A stretch of 40,793 nt of DNA from Chloroflexota bacterium (GCA_039933275.1 JBDTOK010000001.1:1-40793); one strand, 5' to 3'. Counted from the first letter of the stretch, positions 1-9,585 are shown. Notes: a model not told the origin generated them from the sequence alone. A program made the numbers and translations.

Positions 1-410
1 GCGCGGGCTTCGTAGAGCTGGTATTCGTCGAAGAGAAAGTCCTTGCGCAGGAGCGGCGGGCCGGCGGGCAGCTTCTCGCGAATCGCTGGCAGAAAGTCGA
101 GGCTGCCCTGGAAATGCTTCTCGTCTGTGAGGACGCTGAGCGCCGCTGCGCCACCCTCGGCGTAGCGGCTCGCGATCCAGACGGGGTCGAAGTCGGCGCG
201 CAAGACGCCGCGCGACGGTGACGCCTTCTTCACCTCGGCGATCATCGTGATGTGCGGCGCACGCAACGCGGCAGTGAAACCGCGCGGCTCCAGCGATTTC
301 TCTGCGCGCGAGCGGATGTCAGCGAGCGGCACGCGCTTCTTGCTGGCAGCGATCACCTCACGCGTATCCGCAACGATGCGGTCGAGGATGGTTTCAGTCT
401 GCTGGGTCAT
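1..410 (-). CDS. trpC: Indole-3-glycerol phosphate synthase, N-terminal part (3' end lies beyond window start)
   Basis: Own translation of the minus strand from ATG (rc of 408-410): MTQQTETILDRIVADTREV...MIAEVKKASPSRGVLRADF...AAALSVLTDEKHFQGSLDFL...PPLLRKDFLFDEYQLYEAR. These are the conserved TrpC blocks. It is absent from the ORF track because no stop lies inside the window. It starts 17 nt after the trpD stop. Confidence 0.85.
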   Translation of the reverse strand, partial: MTQQTETILDRIVADTREVIAASKKRVPLADIRSRAEKSLEPRGFTAALRAPHITMIAEVKKASPSRGVLRADFDPVWIASRYAEGGAAALSVLTDEKHFQGSLDFLPAIREKLPAGPPLLRKDFLFDEYQLYEAR

Positions 411-427
411 GGCTGGATTATCCCACC

Positions 428-1444
428 TCAGCCAAAGCTCGCGCTCAGCTCGATGTACGACGTTAGGTGCTTCGTGGCGGCGCCGGAGTCGATCGACTCG
501 GCCGACTGCGCGATACCGTCGAGGACGTCGCGGGAAATGTCTGCGGCTACGAGGGCGGCGGCGGCATTGAGGAGCACGACGTCGCGGAGGGGGCCGTTGT
601 CTCCGTTGAGAATGGCGCGCAGGGTCGTGGCGTTTTGCTCGGGTGTGCCGCCGCGGATCGCAGCGGGCAGCGCCGTCGTCAGGCCAAGCTCTTGCGGGGA
701 GACCGTGTACTCGCGCACCTTGCCGTCGTGCAGCTCGTAGACCTCGGACGGGCCGTCGAGCGTCAGCTCATCGCAACCGCCGTGGCCGTGGACGACGAGC
801 ACGTGCGTGCTGCCCAGGCGCTCGAGGACGGCTGCCATGAGCGGCGCAATTTCCGAGCGCGCGACGCCGACGAGCTGATGCTTGGCGTGCGCGGGGTTTG
901 TGAGCGGGCCGAGGATGTTGAACGCGGTGCGCACGCCGATCTCACGGCGCGTCGGGCCGGCGTGCTTCATCGAGGGGTGGAACGCCTGCGCGAACATGAA
1001 CCCGAAGCCAGTCTCCTCAATGGACTTGGCGACTTGCTCGGGCGTGAGGTCGATCTTTGCGCCGAGCGCCTCGAGGACGTCCGCGGAGCCGCAGTCGCTG
1101 GACATCGCGCGGTTGCCGTGCTTGGCGATACGCGCACCGGCACCCGCCGCAACGAACGCCGCCGCCGTCGAGATGTTGAATGTGCGCGCGCCATCTCCGC
1201 CGGTCCCGCACGTGTCCAGCAGCGGCCCGTCGACCTTTACCTGTAGCGCGTGCTCACGCATGACGCGCGCCATGCCGGCGATTTCGTCCACGGCCTCACC
1301 CTTCATACGCAGCCCAATGAGGAACGCGGACAGTTGGGCGGGCGTCACCTCCCCGGCGAAGATTTCCCGCATCGCTTCGGCGGCTTCGTCTTCGGTGAGG
1401 TCGCGCTCTTCGTTGACGATGGCTTCGATGGCGTCTTTGATCAT
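428..1444 (-). CDS. trpD: Anthranilate phosphoribosyltransferase
   Basis: 338-aa ORF with the TrpD blocks DTCGTGGDGARTFNISTAAAFVAA, KHGNRAMSS and FNILGPLTNP. It lies in trp operon context. Confidence 0.95.
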   Translation of the reverse strand: MIKDAIEAIVNEERDLTEDEAAEAMREIFAGEVTPAQLSAFLIGLRMKGEAVDEIAGMARVMREHALQVKVDGPLLDTCGTGGDGARTFNISTAAAFVAAGAGARIAKHGNRAMSSDCGSADVLEALGAKIDLTPEQVAKSIEETGFGFMFAQAFHPSMKHAGPTRREIGVRTAFNILGPLTNPAHAKHQLVGVARSEIAPLMAAVLERLGSTHVLVVHGHGGCDELTLDGPSEVYELHDGKVREYTVSPQELGLTTALPAAIRGGTPEQNATTLRAILNGDNGPLRDVVLLNAAAALVAADISRDVLDGIAQSAESIDSGAATKHLTSYIELSASFG

Positions 1445-1445
1445 G

Positions 1446-1721
1446 TCAGCGTTCCTTGTAGCTGTTCGTGTTTCGTCGGCTCACTTCTTCGATTTTGACC
1501 AGGCGATCGGGGTCGAAGACCGCGTAGATGACCCGATAGTCACCGACCTTAATGCGAAAGAGGGGACCGCGCCCGCGGAGTTTTTTGCAACCGTTCGGCC
1601 GCGGATTTGCTGCGAGAGCGCGGATGGCATCGTCGATTCGCAAGTAATCGCGGTGGGATGCGGCTGCGAGTCGCTCGAGTGCTCTTGTAGCGCGCTTCGG
1701 TACTTCAATGCGATACGCCAC
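1446..1721 (-). CDS. Type II toxin, RelE/ParE superfamily
   Basis: 91-aa ORF with a GTG start. It shows the RelE/ParE-like pattern ...NPRPNGCKKLRGRGPLFRIKVGDYRVIYAVFDPDRLVKIEEVSRR. It overlaps the upstream RHH gene by 17 nt. Its TGA stop (1446-1448) is 1 nt from the trpD ATG (1442-1444). Confidence 0.85.
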   Translation of the reverse strand: MAYRIEVPKRATRALERLAAASHRDYLRIDDAIRALAANPRPNGCKKLRGRGPLFRIKVGDYRVIYAVFDPDRLVKIEEVSRRNTNSYKER

Positions 1722-2031
1722 TCTTTTTCCTTCGGCCAGGAGCGGTAGCCTTTCGACGAGTTGGTGGCTTAGTGGTAGCCGCCTTGGTTCCGTTTCGGGA
1801 AGCGATCTTGGCCCGTAGGCGCTTGCTCAACTCTTCGAAACTGATGCTGCCAGACGGGTCAGCGAGATCCTCTGCGAGAGCACGCTCGCCGGCGACGGCA
1901 TCGATGTCGTCTTCGTAGCTGTCTTCGATTGCGGCAAGAATCAGTTTGGACAGACTGGCTCTCTTCCGGACAGCAACTTCCTTGAGGATGTCGTGTAGAT
2001 CATCTGGAATCGAGACGAGTATTCGCGTCAT
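1705..2031 (-). CDS. Type II antitoxin, ribbon-helix-helix (CopG-like)
   Basis: 108-aa ORF with the N-terminal RHH pattern MTRILVSIPDDLHDILKEVAVRKRASLSKLILAAIEDSY. GGAGG (rc of 2039-2043) lies 7 nt before the ATG. It is paired with the downstream RelE-like ORF. It has an unusual Lys/Arg/Thr/Pro-rich C-terminal tail. Confidence 0.75.
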   Translation of the reverse strand: MTRILVSIPDDLHDILKEVAVRKRASLSKLILAAIEDSYEDDIDAVAGERALAEDLADPSGSISFEELSKRLRAKIASRNGTKAATTKPPTRRKATAPGRRKKSGVSH

Positions 2032-2052
2032 AGCCCAACCTCCGACTGATAT

Positions 2053-2064
2053 AGTGATATCACT
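2053..2064. promoter_or_regulatory. Perfect 12-bp palindrome AGTGATATCACT, candidate RHH-antitoxin operator
   Basis: Read directly in the 36-nt trpG-antitoxin spacer. It sits just upstream of the antitoxin Shine-Dalgarno (SD) sequence, where type II antitoxins usually autoregulate. The function is inferred. Confidence 0.4.
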
Positions 2065-2067
2065 GTA

Positions 2068-2631
2068 TCACATCTCCAGGAAGTTCTTGAGCAACTGCTT
2101 GCCCGGCTTCGTCAGGATCGATTCGGGGTGGAACTGCACGCCTTCGACGGCCAGCGTCTTGTGGCGCACGCCCATGATTACGCCGCTATCCGTCGTCGCG
2201 GTTACTTCGAGGACGTCCGGCATCGTGTCGGGGCGGATGCTCAGCGAGTGGTAGCGGATCGCCTCGAAGTCCTGGGGGAGGCCGGCGAAGACGCCCTTGC
2301 CGTCGTGATGGATGACCGACGTCTTGCCGTGCACGATCTCGCCCGCGCCTTCGACGACGCCGCCGAACGCCTCGCCGATCGCCTGGTGACCGAGGCACAC
2401 GCCGAGAATCGGGATCGCGCCTGCGAAGTGCTTGACGGTGGGAATCGAAACACCGGCCTCGGCGGGCGTGCAGGGGCCGGGCGAGATGACGATCTTCTCC
2501 GGCGCCATCTGATCGATGTCCTCGATGCTGATCTTGTCGTTGCGCGCGACCTCGACTTCCGCGCCGAGCTCGCAGAGGTACTGGTACAGGTTGTAAGTAA
2601 ACGAGTCGTAGTTGTCGATTAGCAGAATCAC
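2068..2631 (-). CDS. trpG: Anthranilate synthase component II (glutamine amidotransferase)
   Basis: 187 aa with the class-I GATase blocks MILLIDNYDSFTYNL, PILGVCLGHQ and GVQFHPES. Its GTG start overlaps the SDR stop (GTGA). Confidence 0.93.
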   Translation of the reverse strand: MILLIDNYDSFTYNLYQYLCELGAEVEVARNDKISIEDIDQMAPEKIVISPGPCTPAEAGVSIPTVKHFAGAIPILGVCLGHQAIGEAFGGVVEGAGEIVHGKTSVIHHDGKGVFAGLPQDFEAIRYHSLSIRPDTMPDVLEVTATTDSGVIMGVRHKTLAVEGVQFHPESILTKPGKQLLKNFLEM

Positions 2632-3365
2632 TTCGCCTCCCTCGGCAGGTATATCTCGCGCGGAATGGTGACGCCCGTGATGTCGCGGGCAGCGTCGCTG
2701 GCCAGGAAGACGATCGTGGGCACCAGGTCCTCCGCCTGGCCGACCTGGCCTGTGCGGTACGCTTCTTCGATGCCCTCCGGCGTCTGGTGCGCGCGCCAGA
2801 ACGGCGTGTCCGTGACGCCGGGCGTGAATGCGTTGACCCGAATCCCGTACCGCGCTACTTCCAGCGCGAGCGTTTGCGTGAAGTGGATGACGGCCGCCTT
2901 CGACGCGCCGTACGCCGCAGCACCGGGCCGCGAGCGCATGCCCAGCCCGGACGCAGTGTTGATGATGACGCCCGACTTCTGCTCGATCATTTCGTGCAGC
3001 GCCGCGCGCGAGCAGACAAACGTCCCCCGCACGTTAGTGGCGAACACGGCGTCCCAGTCCTCATCTGTCATGCGGGCGACGAGGTTACCCCGCGCACGCC
3101 CAGCGTTGTTTACGAGAACGTCGATTCGCCCGAAGCGCTTGACGGTCGCCTCGACCATCGCGTCTGTGTCGGCGGTCTGCGAGACGTCGCACTTAACCGC
3201 GAGAGCGTTCGCGCCAATCTCAGCGGCGACAGCGTTCGCGGTGTCCGTGTTGAAGTCAGCGATGACGACAGACGCACCCTCAGCCGCGAAGCCGAGCGCG
3301 ATCGCCCGCCCGATGCCGGAACCGGCGCCGGTGACGATCGCGACTTTGCCTTCGAGTTGTCCCAT
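2628..3365 (-). CDS. Short-chain dehydrogenase/reductase (FabG-like), substrate unknown
   Basis: 245 aa with the TGAGSGIG Rossmann motif, NNAG and the catalytic Y-x3-K (YGASKAA). Confidence 0.92.
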   Translation of the reverse strand: MGQLEGKVAIVTGAGSGIGRAIALGFAAEGASVVIADFNTDTANAVAAEIGANALAVKCDVSQTADTDAMVEATVKRFGRIDVLVNNAGRARGNLVARMTDEDWDAVFATNVRGTFVCSRAALHEMIEQKSGVIINTASGLGMRSRPGAAAYGASKAAVIHFTQTLALEVARYGIRVNAFTPGVTDTPFWRAHQTPEGIEEAYRTGQVGQAEDLVPTIVFLASDAARDITGVTIPREIYLPREAK

Positions 3366-3371
3366 CGCCGC

Positions 3372-3524
3372 CTACTTGAACTGCAGCGTGGCGAGAACAG
3401 CCTCGGCCACTGGCTTGAAGTCATCGAACTGGCTGGTCGGCGACGAGTCCATCGCCGCGAACATCGGGCCGGTGGGGCCGTTCAGACCCAGAACAACCAT
3501 CGCCGCGAAAAAGTGCTTCGTCAC
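3372..3524 (-). CDS. Possible small ORF (50 aa), hypothetical
   Basis: Own translation from GTG (rc of 3522-3524): VTKHFFAAMVVLGLNGPTGPMFAAMDSSPTSQFDDFKPVAEAVLATLQFK*. Third codon positions are mostly G/C, like the neighbouring genes. It fills the trpE-SDR gap almost exactly (4 nt and 6 nt spacers). I recognise no family, and it is too short for the ORF track. Confidence 0.3.
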   Translation of the reverse strand: MTKHFFAAMVVLGLNGPTGPMFAAMDSSPTSQFDDFKPVAEAVLATLQFK

Positions 3525-3528
3525 GGGG

Positions 3529-5034
3529 CTAGTAACCCAAACTTCCGGCTAGAACTGTTTGCTCCATCTCCTCCGCCCGGTCGATCGCCGCCATCATTGC
3601 GCCGGCCTTGGTCAACGTTTCGCGGTACTCCGTCTCCGGTACGCTGTCGTAGACGACGCCGCCACCGCACTGGATGTTCGCGATGCCGTCCTTCATGGCG
3701 ACGGTGCGGATCGTGATCGCGGTGTCCATGTTTCCGCTGAAGTCGAAGTAGCCGACGGCGCCGCCGTACGTCCCGCGCCGCTGCGGCTCCAGCTCGCTGA
3801 TGATCTCCATCGCTCGGATCTTAGGCGCGCCGCTCAGGGTGCCGGCCGGGAAGCAGGCGCGCAGAGCGTCGTAAGCCGACATGCCTTTCTTGAGCTTGCC
3901 CTCGACGCGCGATACCAGGTGCATGAGGTGCGAGTAGCGCTCGATGACCATGAACTCGCGCACGTTGACGGTGCCCGGCTGGCTGACCCGCCCGATGTCG
4001 TTGCGCCCGAGGTCGACGAGCATGACGTGCTCGGCGCGCTCCTTCTCGTCGTTGAGGAGGCGCTTCTCGATTGCGGCGTCTTCGTCCGGGTCGCGCCCGC
4101 GAGGCATCGTGCCGGCGATGGGGTGCGTCTCGACGACGCCGTCTTCGACGCGCACCAGCATCTCCGGCGACGCCCCGACGATATAGGAATCGCCCATCTG
4201 CAGGTAGTACATGTACGGCGACGGGTTCACGGTGCGCAGAGCGCGGTAGATCGAGAACGGGTGCGCAGCGGTCTTTCGGCGCAGGCGCTGGGACGGCACA
4301 ACCTGGATGATGTCGCCGGCGACGATGTACTTCTTCGCCTGGTCCACCATTTCGATGTACCGATCGTGGCCGACGTTTGATTCGACTTCGCCCGGCTCGT
4401 GGTAGAGCGCGGTGGGGTACGGGCTGGCGGGGAGCGCGTGGTTCAGGCGCTTGGCCAGCTCGTCGATCCTCCAGCACGCCTGCCGATACGAAGCCTCAAC
4501 GTCGCCATCGAGCCGACAGTGCGCAACGACCTTGATGACGTGCTTGACGTGATCGAAGACAAGCATCGAGTCGACGAACATAAACAGGGCTTCGGGAAAG
4601 CCGGTCGCGTCGTCGGCGGGGATCGTCACGCGCGGCTCGAAGTGGCGGATAACATCGTAGGCCAGAAAGCCAACGGCGCCGCCAGTAAAGCGCGGCAGCG
4701 ACGTGCGGGCTTCGTTGTCCTTCGGATGCGAGAGGGCGTAGCGCGACATCTCCTGCTCGACCTCGATCAGCGGGTCGACTCCGTCCGTCGGGTCCGCGTA
4801 CGGGCCGCTGCGGTAGACGCGATACGGCTCCGTCCCGATGAAGGAGTAGCGGGCCAGCCGCTCACCGCCTTCCACGGACTCGAGTAGGAACGAGTATTCG
4901 CCGCGCGCGACCTTCAAGAACGCTGACACTGGCGTCTCGAGGTCCGCCGGGACGTCGCGGTAGATCGGTATGAGGTTGTTGTCAGAGTTCTTCGCTTGTT
5001 CGAGCACCTGCTCCAGGGTCGGTTGGTAGTTCAC
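3529..5034 (-). CDS. trpE: Anthranilate synthase component I
   Basis: 501 aa with a GTG start. Chorismate-binding blocks: LLESVEGGERLARYSFIG, GTLSGAPKIRAMEIISELE and RGTYGGAVGYF. Confidence 0.95.
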   Translation of the reverse strand: MNYQPTLEQVLEQAKNSDNNLIPIYRDVPADLETPVSAFLKVARGEYSFLLESVEGGERLARYSFIGTEPYRVYRSGPYADPTDGVDPLIEVEQEMSRYALSHPKDNEARTSLPRFTGGAVGFLAYDVIRHFEPRVTIPADDATGFPEALFMFVDSMLVFDHVKHVIKVVAHCRLDGDVEASYRQACWRIDELAKRLNHALPASPYPTALYHEPGEVESNVGHDRYIEMVDQAKKYIVAGDIIQVVPSQRLRRKTAAHPFSIYRALRTVNPSPYMYYLQMGDSYIVGASPEMLVRVEDGVVETHPIAGTMPRGRDPDEDAAIEKRLLNDEKERAEHVMLVDLGRNDIGRVSQPGTVNVREFMVIERYSHLMHLVSRVEGKLKKGMSAYDALRACFPAGTLSGAPKIRAMEIISELEPQRRGTYGGAVGYFDFSGNMDTAITIRTVAMKDGIANIQCGGGVVYDSVPETEYRETLTKAGAMMAAIDRAEEMEQTVLAGSLGY

Positions 5035-5110
5035 GTCAGCACCACTTTCTCAATTGCATCTGTTCGAAACGGGATCGAGCAGTGGCGCCAGTGGCGATCG
5101 AGGCGATCCA

Positions 5111-6181
5111 TCAGCGCACCTCCAAATGATCGGTGCCGCGGAAGTAGGTCAGGCCCATCGCCTCCCGCGCTTCGGCCAGCGTCTTCTTCGCTTCTTCGCG
5201 CGCGCGGACGGTGCCCGCTTCGATGATCTCCTCGACGTAGCCCTTCTTCTTCGCAAACTCGTTGCGCCGGTCGCGGATCGGGTCGAGGAAGCGGTTGAGC
5301 GCGGCGGCGAGCTTCTTCTTCACCTCGACGTCGCCGACAGCACCGGCGCGGTAGCGCTCTTCGAGGTCAGCGACTTCGGCTTCATCGTCGTTGAAGATCT
5401 CATGGTAGATGAACACCGGGTTGCCCTCGACGGTGCCCGGAATGTCGGCTCGGATGCGGTTCGGGTCGGTGTACATCGCGCGCACCTTCTTCTCGACGTC
5501 TTCCGCCGCGTCCGAAAGCATGATCACGTTGCCGATCGACTTGCTCGCCTTCGCCTGGCCGTCCGTGCCGATGAGCACGGGCGTGATGTAAGCGTCGGGC
5601 TCGGGGAAGACGACCTTGCCATACGTCTGGTTGAAGCGCGTCGCGATCTCGCGCGTCAGCTCAACGTGCGAGGCCTGGTCCTTGCCGACGGGCACGACGT
5701 TGCCCTTCACCATCAGGATGTCCGCAGCCTGCAGGATCGGGTACGAAAGCAGCGCCATCGACGCCGTGTCGATGTTTAGCGCTGTCATCTGCTCCTTGAG
5801 CGTGGGGATGCGCTGCGCCCGCCCCACGCCGACGAGCGGCATGAACAGCCAGAACAGCTCCAGCACCTCCGGCACCAGCGACTGCAGGTAGATCGTCGTC
5901 TTCTGCGGGTCGATCCCAACCGCGAGATAGTCGAGCACGCAGTCGCGGATGTTGTCGCCGATTTCGTTCAGGTTGTCGGTGCGCGTAGTCAGCACGTGCA
6001 GATCGGCGATGAGCACAAACGTATCGATCTGTTCCTGCAAATCGACGCGCATCTTCAGCGAGCCAACGTAGTGGCCCAGGTGCAGCGCGCCGGTCGGGCG
6101 GTCGCCGGTGAGCATGCGCTTCCAGGTTGGCTTGGCCTGCATTGGCGCGCTGGTCGCGGCCGGTATGTCAGTTGTTCTCAT
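5111..6181 (-). CDS. trpS: Tryptophan--tRNA ligase
   Basis: 356 aa with the class-I HIGH-type block LTGDRPTGALHLGHYVGSL and the KMSKS-type block KASKSIG. A UGG-specifier T-box lies directly upstream and the trp operon directly downstream. Confidence 0.92.
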   Translation of the reverse strand: MRTTDIPAATSAPMQAKPTWKRMLTGDRPTGALHLGHYVGSLKMRVDLQEQIDTFVLIADLHVLTTRTDNLNEIGDNIRDCVLDYLAVGIDPQKTTIYLQSLVPEVLELFWLFMPLVGVGRAQRIPTLKEQMTALNIDTASMALLSYPILQAADILMVKGNVVPVGKDQASHVELTREIATRFNQTYGKVVFPEPDAYITPVLIGTDGQAKASKSIGNVIMLSDAAEDVEKKVRAMYTDPNRIRADIPGTVEGNPVFIYHEIFNDDEAEVADLEERYRAGAVGDVEVKKKLAAALNRFLDPIRDRRNEFAKKKGYVEEIIEAGTVRAREEAKKTLAEAREAMGLTYFRGTDHLEVR

Positions 6182-6195
6182 GCGAGTCTCCGATC

Positions 6196-6491
6196 TGCGG
6201 ACAATAAAAAGCCCCTACGCCCGTCAGGGGCGAGGGGTACTCGCGGTGCCACCCTGGTTCGTCGCGGCGGTCAAGCTGCGACCTTCGTTTTACGCATCAC
6301 CTACGGAGGTGAAGCGCTGGGCCTGTAACGGTGCCCTCTCCGGCCTCGGCTACTAGCGTTTCGGCGTTCGCCTGGCGGCTCTCGGGTCCATTCCCTTGCA
6401 GTGCTGACACCGGGTTCTCACCTGTCCCCGGCTCTCTGAGCCTCGCGCCCGCGAGGTACTAGTCCCGTTCGTTGCCGCTTGTTATTCGATT
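6196..6491 (-). promoter_or_regulatory. T-box riboswitch leader, tryptophan (UGG) specifier
   Basis: The minus-strand transcript contains an AGAGAG stem-I element and a specifier loop GGGAA-UGG-ACCCGAGAG (UGG = rc of 6388-6390). It also contains the T-box sequence AACCAGGGUGGCACCGCGAG (rc of 6240-6259), followed by the terminator. Confidence 0.85.
6206..6237 (-). terminator. Intrinsic terminator of the T-box leader
   Basis: The minus strand reads CCCCUCGCCC-CUGA-CGGGCGUAGGGG followed by CUUUUUAUU. It lies 2 nt after the T-box sequence and about 20 nt before the trpS ATG. Confidence 0.7.
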
Positions 6492-6498
6492 GGACGGG

Positions 6499-6528
6499 AG
6501 TGTATCAGGGCCGCTGAAACGCTGTCAA
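6499..6528 (-). promoter_or_regulatory. Candidate sigma-70-type promoter for the T-box/trpS transcript
   Basis: The minus strand reads TTGACA (rc of 6523-6528), an 18-nt spacer ending in TGA, then TACACT (rc of 6499-6504). This gives an extended -10-like TGn. Confidence 0.45.
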
Positions 6529-6562
6529 ACGGCCGCTCAGGTACAATGTGTGTGAGGTTAAC

Positions 6563-6757
6563 GTGCAGACGAAGGACGGCAAAAAGGGCATCCTCGCGGC
6601 TCTCGACAAAGAGCTGGCAGATGACGCGACGGTCGAAGACGCCATCGACTATTTGCTTTACCTGCAGGGGATCGAAGAGGGTCTGGAAGATGAGCGACAA
6701 GGTCGCATGGTCCCCCATGAGACGATCGTTGAAATGATCAAGTCCTGGGCAAAATAA
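6563..6757 (+). CDS. Type II antitoxin (ParE/RelE-associated, family not assigned)
   Basis: The ORF track gives 6548-6757. I prefer the GTG at 6563, 5 nt after GAGG (6554-6557), because TACAAT (6542-6547) looks like the -10 element. The protein ...AIDYLLYLQGIEEGLEDERQGRMVPHETIVEMIKSWAK resembles antitoxins found upstream of ParE/RelE toxins. Its stop overlaps the toxin ORF. Confidence 0.65.
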   Translation: MQTKDGKKGILAALDKELADDATVEDAIDYLLYLQGIEEGLEDERQGRMVPHETIVEMIKSWAK

Positions 6758-7043
6758 ATTGGACTGATCGCGCGCAGCAAGACCTGGCGGCGATCTACGA
6801 ATTCATCGCTTCCGAGAGTCCGCTTGTCGCGCTTCGAGTCGCCCAGCGCATCCAGCTTTCGACCGAGCGACTGATCGAGTTCGCAGAGTCTGGTCGATCC
6901 GTGCCGGAGCACTCTGAGAGCGGCGTTTGCGAGGTGATTGTTCCTCCATACCGGGTTGCGTACCGAACTGTCGGTGACGAAGTACGGATCCTGAAGATCC
7001 ACCACAGCGCGCAAGTAATGAGACGCGCTGATATCGAAGAGTC

Positions 7044-7047
<4 letters not shown>
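6754..7047 (+). CDS. ParE/RelE-family toxin ORF lacking a canonical start codon (possibly inactivated)
   Basis: Own translation: (I)NWTDRAQQDLAAIYEFIASESPLVALRVAQRIQLSTERLIEFAESGRSVPEHSESGVCEVIVPPYRVAYRTVGDEVRILKIHHSAQ...*. The frame is open only from 6733. No ATG, GTG or TTG occurs before the conserved N-terminal W-x3-A-x2-DL block. ATA at 6754 overlaps the antitoxin TAA (ATAA). Confidence 0.6.
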
Positions 7048-8633
<1,586 letters not shown>

Positions 8634-8671
8634 AGCGGCAAGTTATCAGCGGCATGGCGTAGGTTCTAGTT

Positions 8672-9265
8672 TCAGCCGATGACGACCGGCTCGCGGCCCT
8701 TGCGCGCGCGCTCCTTCGCAATGATCTGCTCGACGTTGGCGACGGCGCGGCGCAGATCATCATTCAGGACCATGTGGTCGAACTCGGGCGCCTCCGCAAT
8801 CTCCTCACGAGCCGTTTGCAGGCGAATGTCGATCTGCTCCTCTGTGTCGCCGCCGCGGGAGCGCATCCGCTTCTCTAGTTCGGCGTCAGACGGCGGCGCG
8901 ATGAAGATGGTGACCGTACCCGGCGCAATGCTCTTGATGTAGCGGGCGCCCTGCACGTCGGTGCGCATTAGGACGTCGTGGCCCGTTGCCAGCTCCTGGC
9001 GGACGGCGTCTTTCGGGACGCCTTTCTCCTGGCCGTAGACAATGGCGTGCTCCAGCATCTCCCCGTTGTCCACCATGCGCTTGAACTTGTTTTTCGATAC
9101 GAAGTGATAGTCGACGCCGTCGCGCTCAGTTGGGCGGGGAGGGCGTGTTGTGACGGTGGTTATAAAGGCATACGGCCGGTCCGAGAGCTTGCGCAGCTCA
9201 TCGAGGACGGAGTCTTTACCCGCGCCGGATGGTCCAGTGAGAACGACCAGTAAGGGCGCGGGCAA
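8672..9265 (-). CDS. gmk: Guanylate kinase
   Basis: 197 aa with the P-loop GPSGAGKDS and the blocks TTRPPRPTERDGVDYHFVS and VYGQEKG. Confidence 0.93.
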   Translation of the reverse strand: MPAPLLVVLTGPSGAGKDSVLDELRKLSDRPYAFITTVTTRPPRPTERDGVDYHFVSKNKFKRMVDNGEMLEHAIVYGQEKGVPKDAVRQELATGHDVLMRTDVQGARYIKSIAPGTVTIFIAPPSDAELEKRMRSRGGDTEEQIDIRLQTAREEIAEAPEFDHMVLNDDLRRAVANVEQIIAKERARKGREPVVIG

Positions 9266-9270
9266 TCGGG

Positions 9271-9585
9271 CTACTCGATGGGGCCTTGCGCCTGCAGGAT
9301 CTTCCCCTGCCGCGCAGCCGTGACACGCCCGGCCAGCGCCTCAGGCGTGATGGCAACGAGCATGATCTGCCCGGAGTCCATGAAGACGGCGGCTTTCGTG
9401 CGGCGGCCGCTGGTGATGTCGATGATGTGCTTTTCCTTCTTACCTTCGCGAATCATGCGCTGGATTGGCGCGGAGGTGGGAGTGACTATGGCCAGTACTT
9501 TGTTGACGGCCAGGAAGTTTCCGAATCCCACGTGGACTAGCTCCGTGGCTGAGCCGGGGGCACTCCCATTTTTCGATTGCGCCAT
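9271..9585 (-). CDS. remA: RemA/DUF370 family DNA-binding regulator
   Basis: VHVGFGNFLAVNKVLAIVTPTSAPIQRMIREGK..IDITSGRRTKAAVFMDSGQIMLVAITPEALAGR matches the RemA (YlzA) pattern. I moved the start to ATG 9585, which is preceded by AAGGAGGA. The remA-gmk adjacency matches that in Bacillus. Confidence 0.85.
   Translation of the reverse strand: MAQSKNGSAPGSATELVHVGFGNFLAVNKVLAIVTPTSAPIQRMIREGKKEKHIIDITSGRRTKAAVFMDSGQIMLVAITPEALAGRVTAARQGKILQAQGPIE

Noticed and set aside
3821-4477. Out-of-frame Arg-rich ORFs inside trpE (3821-4477), the GH13 gene (7408-8502), the tyrA gene (10319-10783) and similar entries
   Set aside because: These are alternative-frame ORFs within well-supported genes. They have extreme Arg/Pro/Ala content, which is characteristic of off-frame translation of GC-rich coding DNA.
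5035-5110. Possible second leader or attenuator between trpS and trpE
   Set aside because: I found no T-box sequence, no hairpin plus U-tract, no tandem Trp codons and no GAG/UAG repeats. I treat it as a plain intercistronic spacer.
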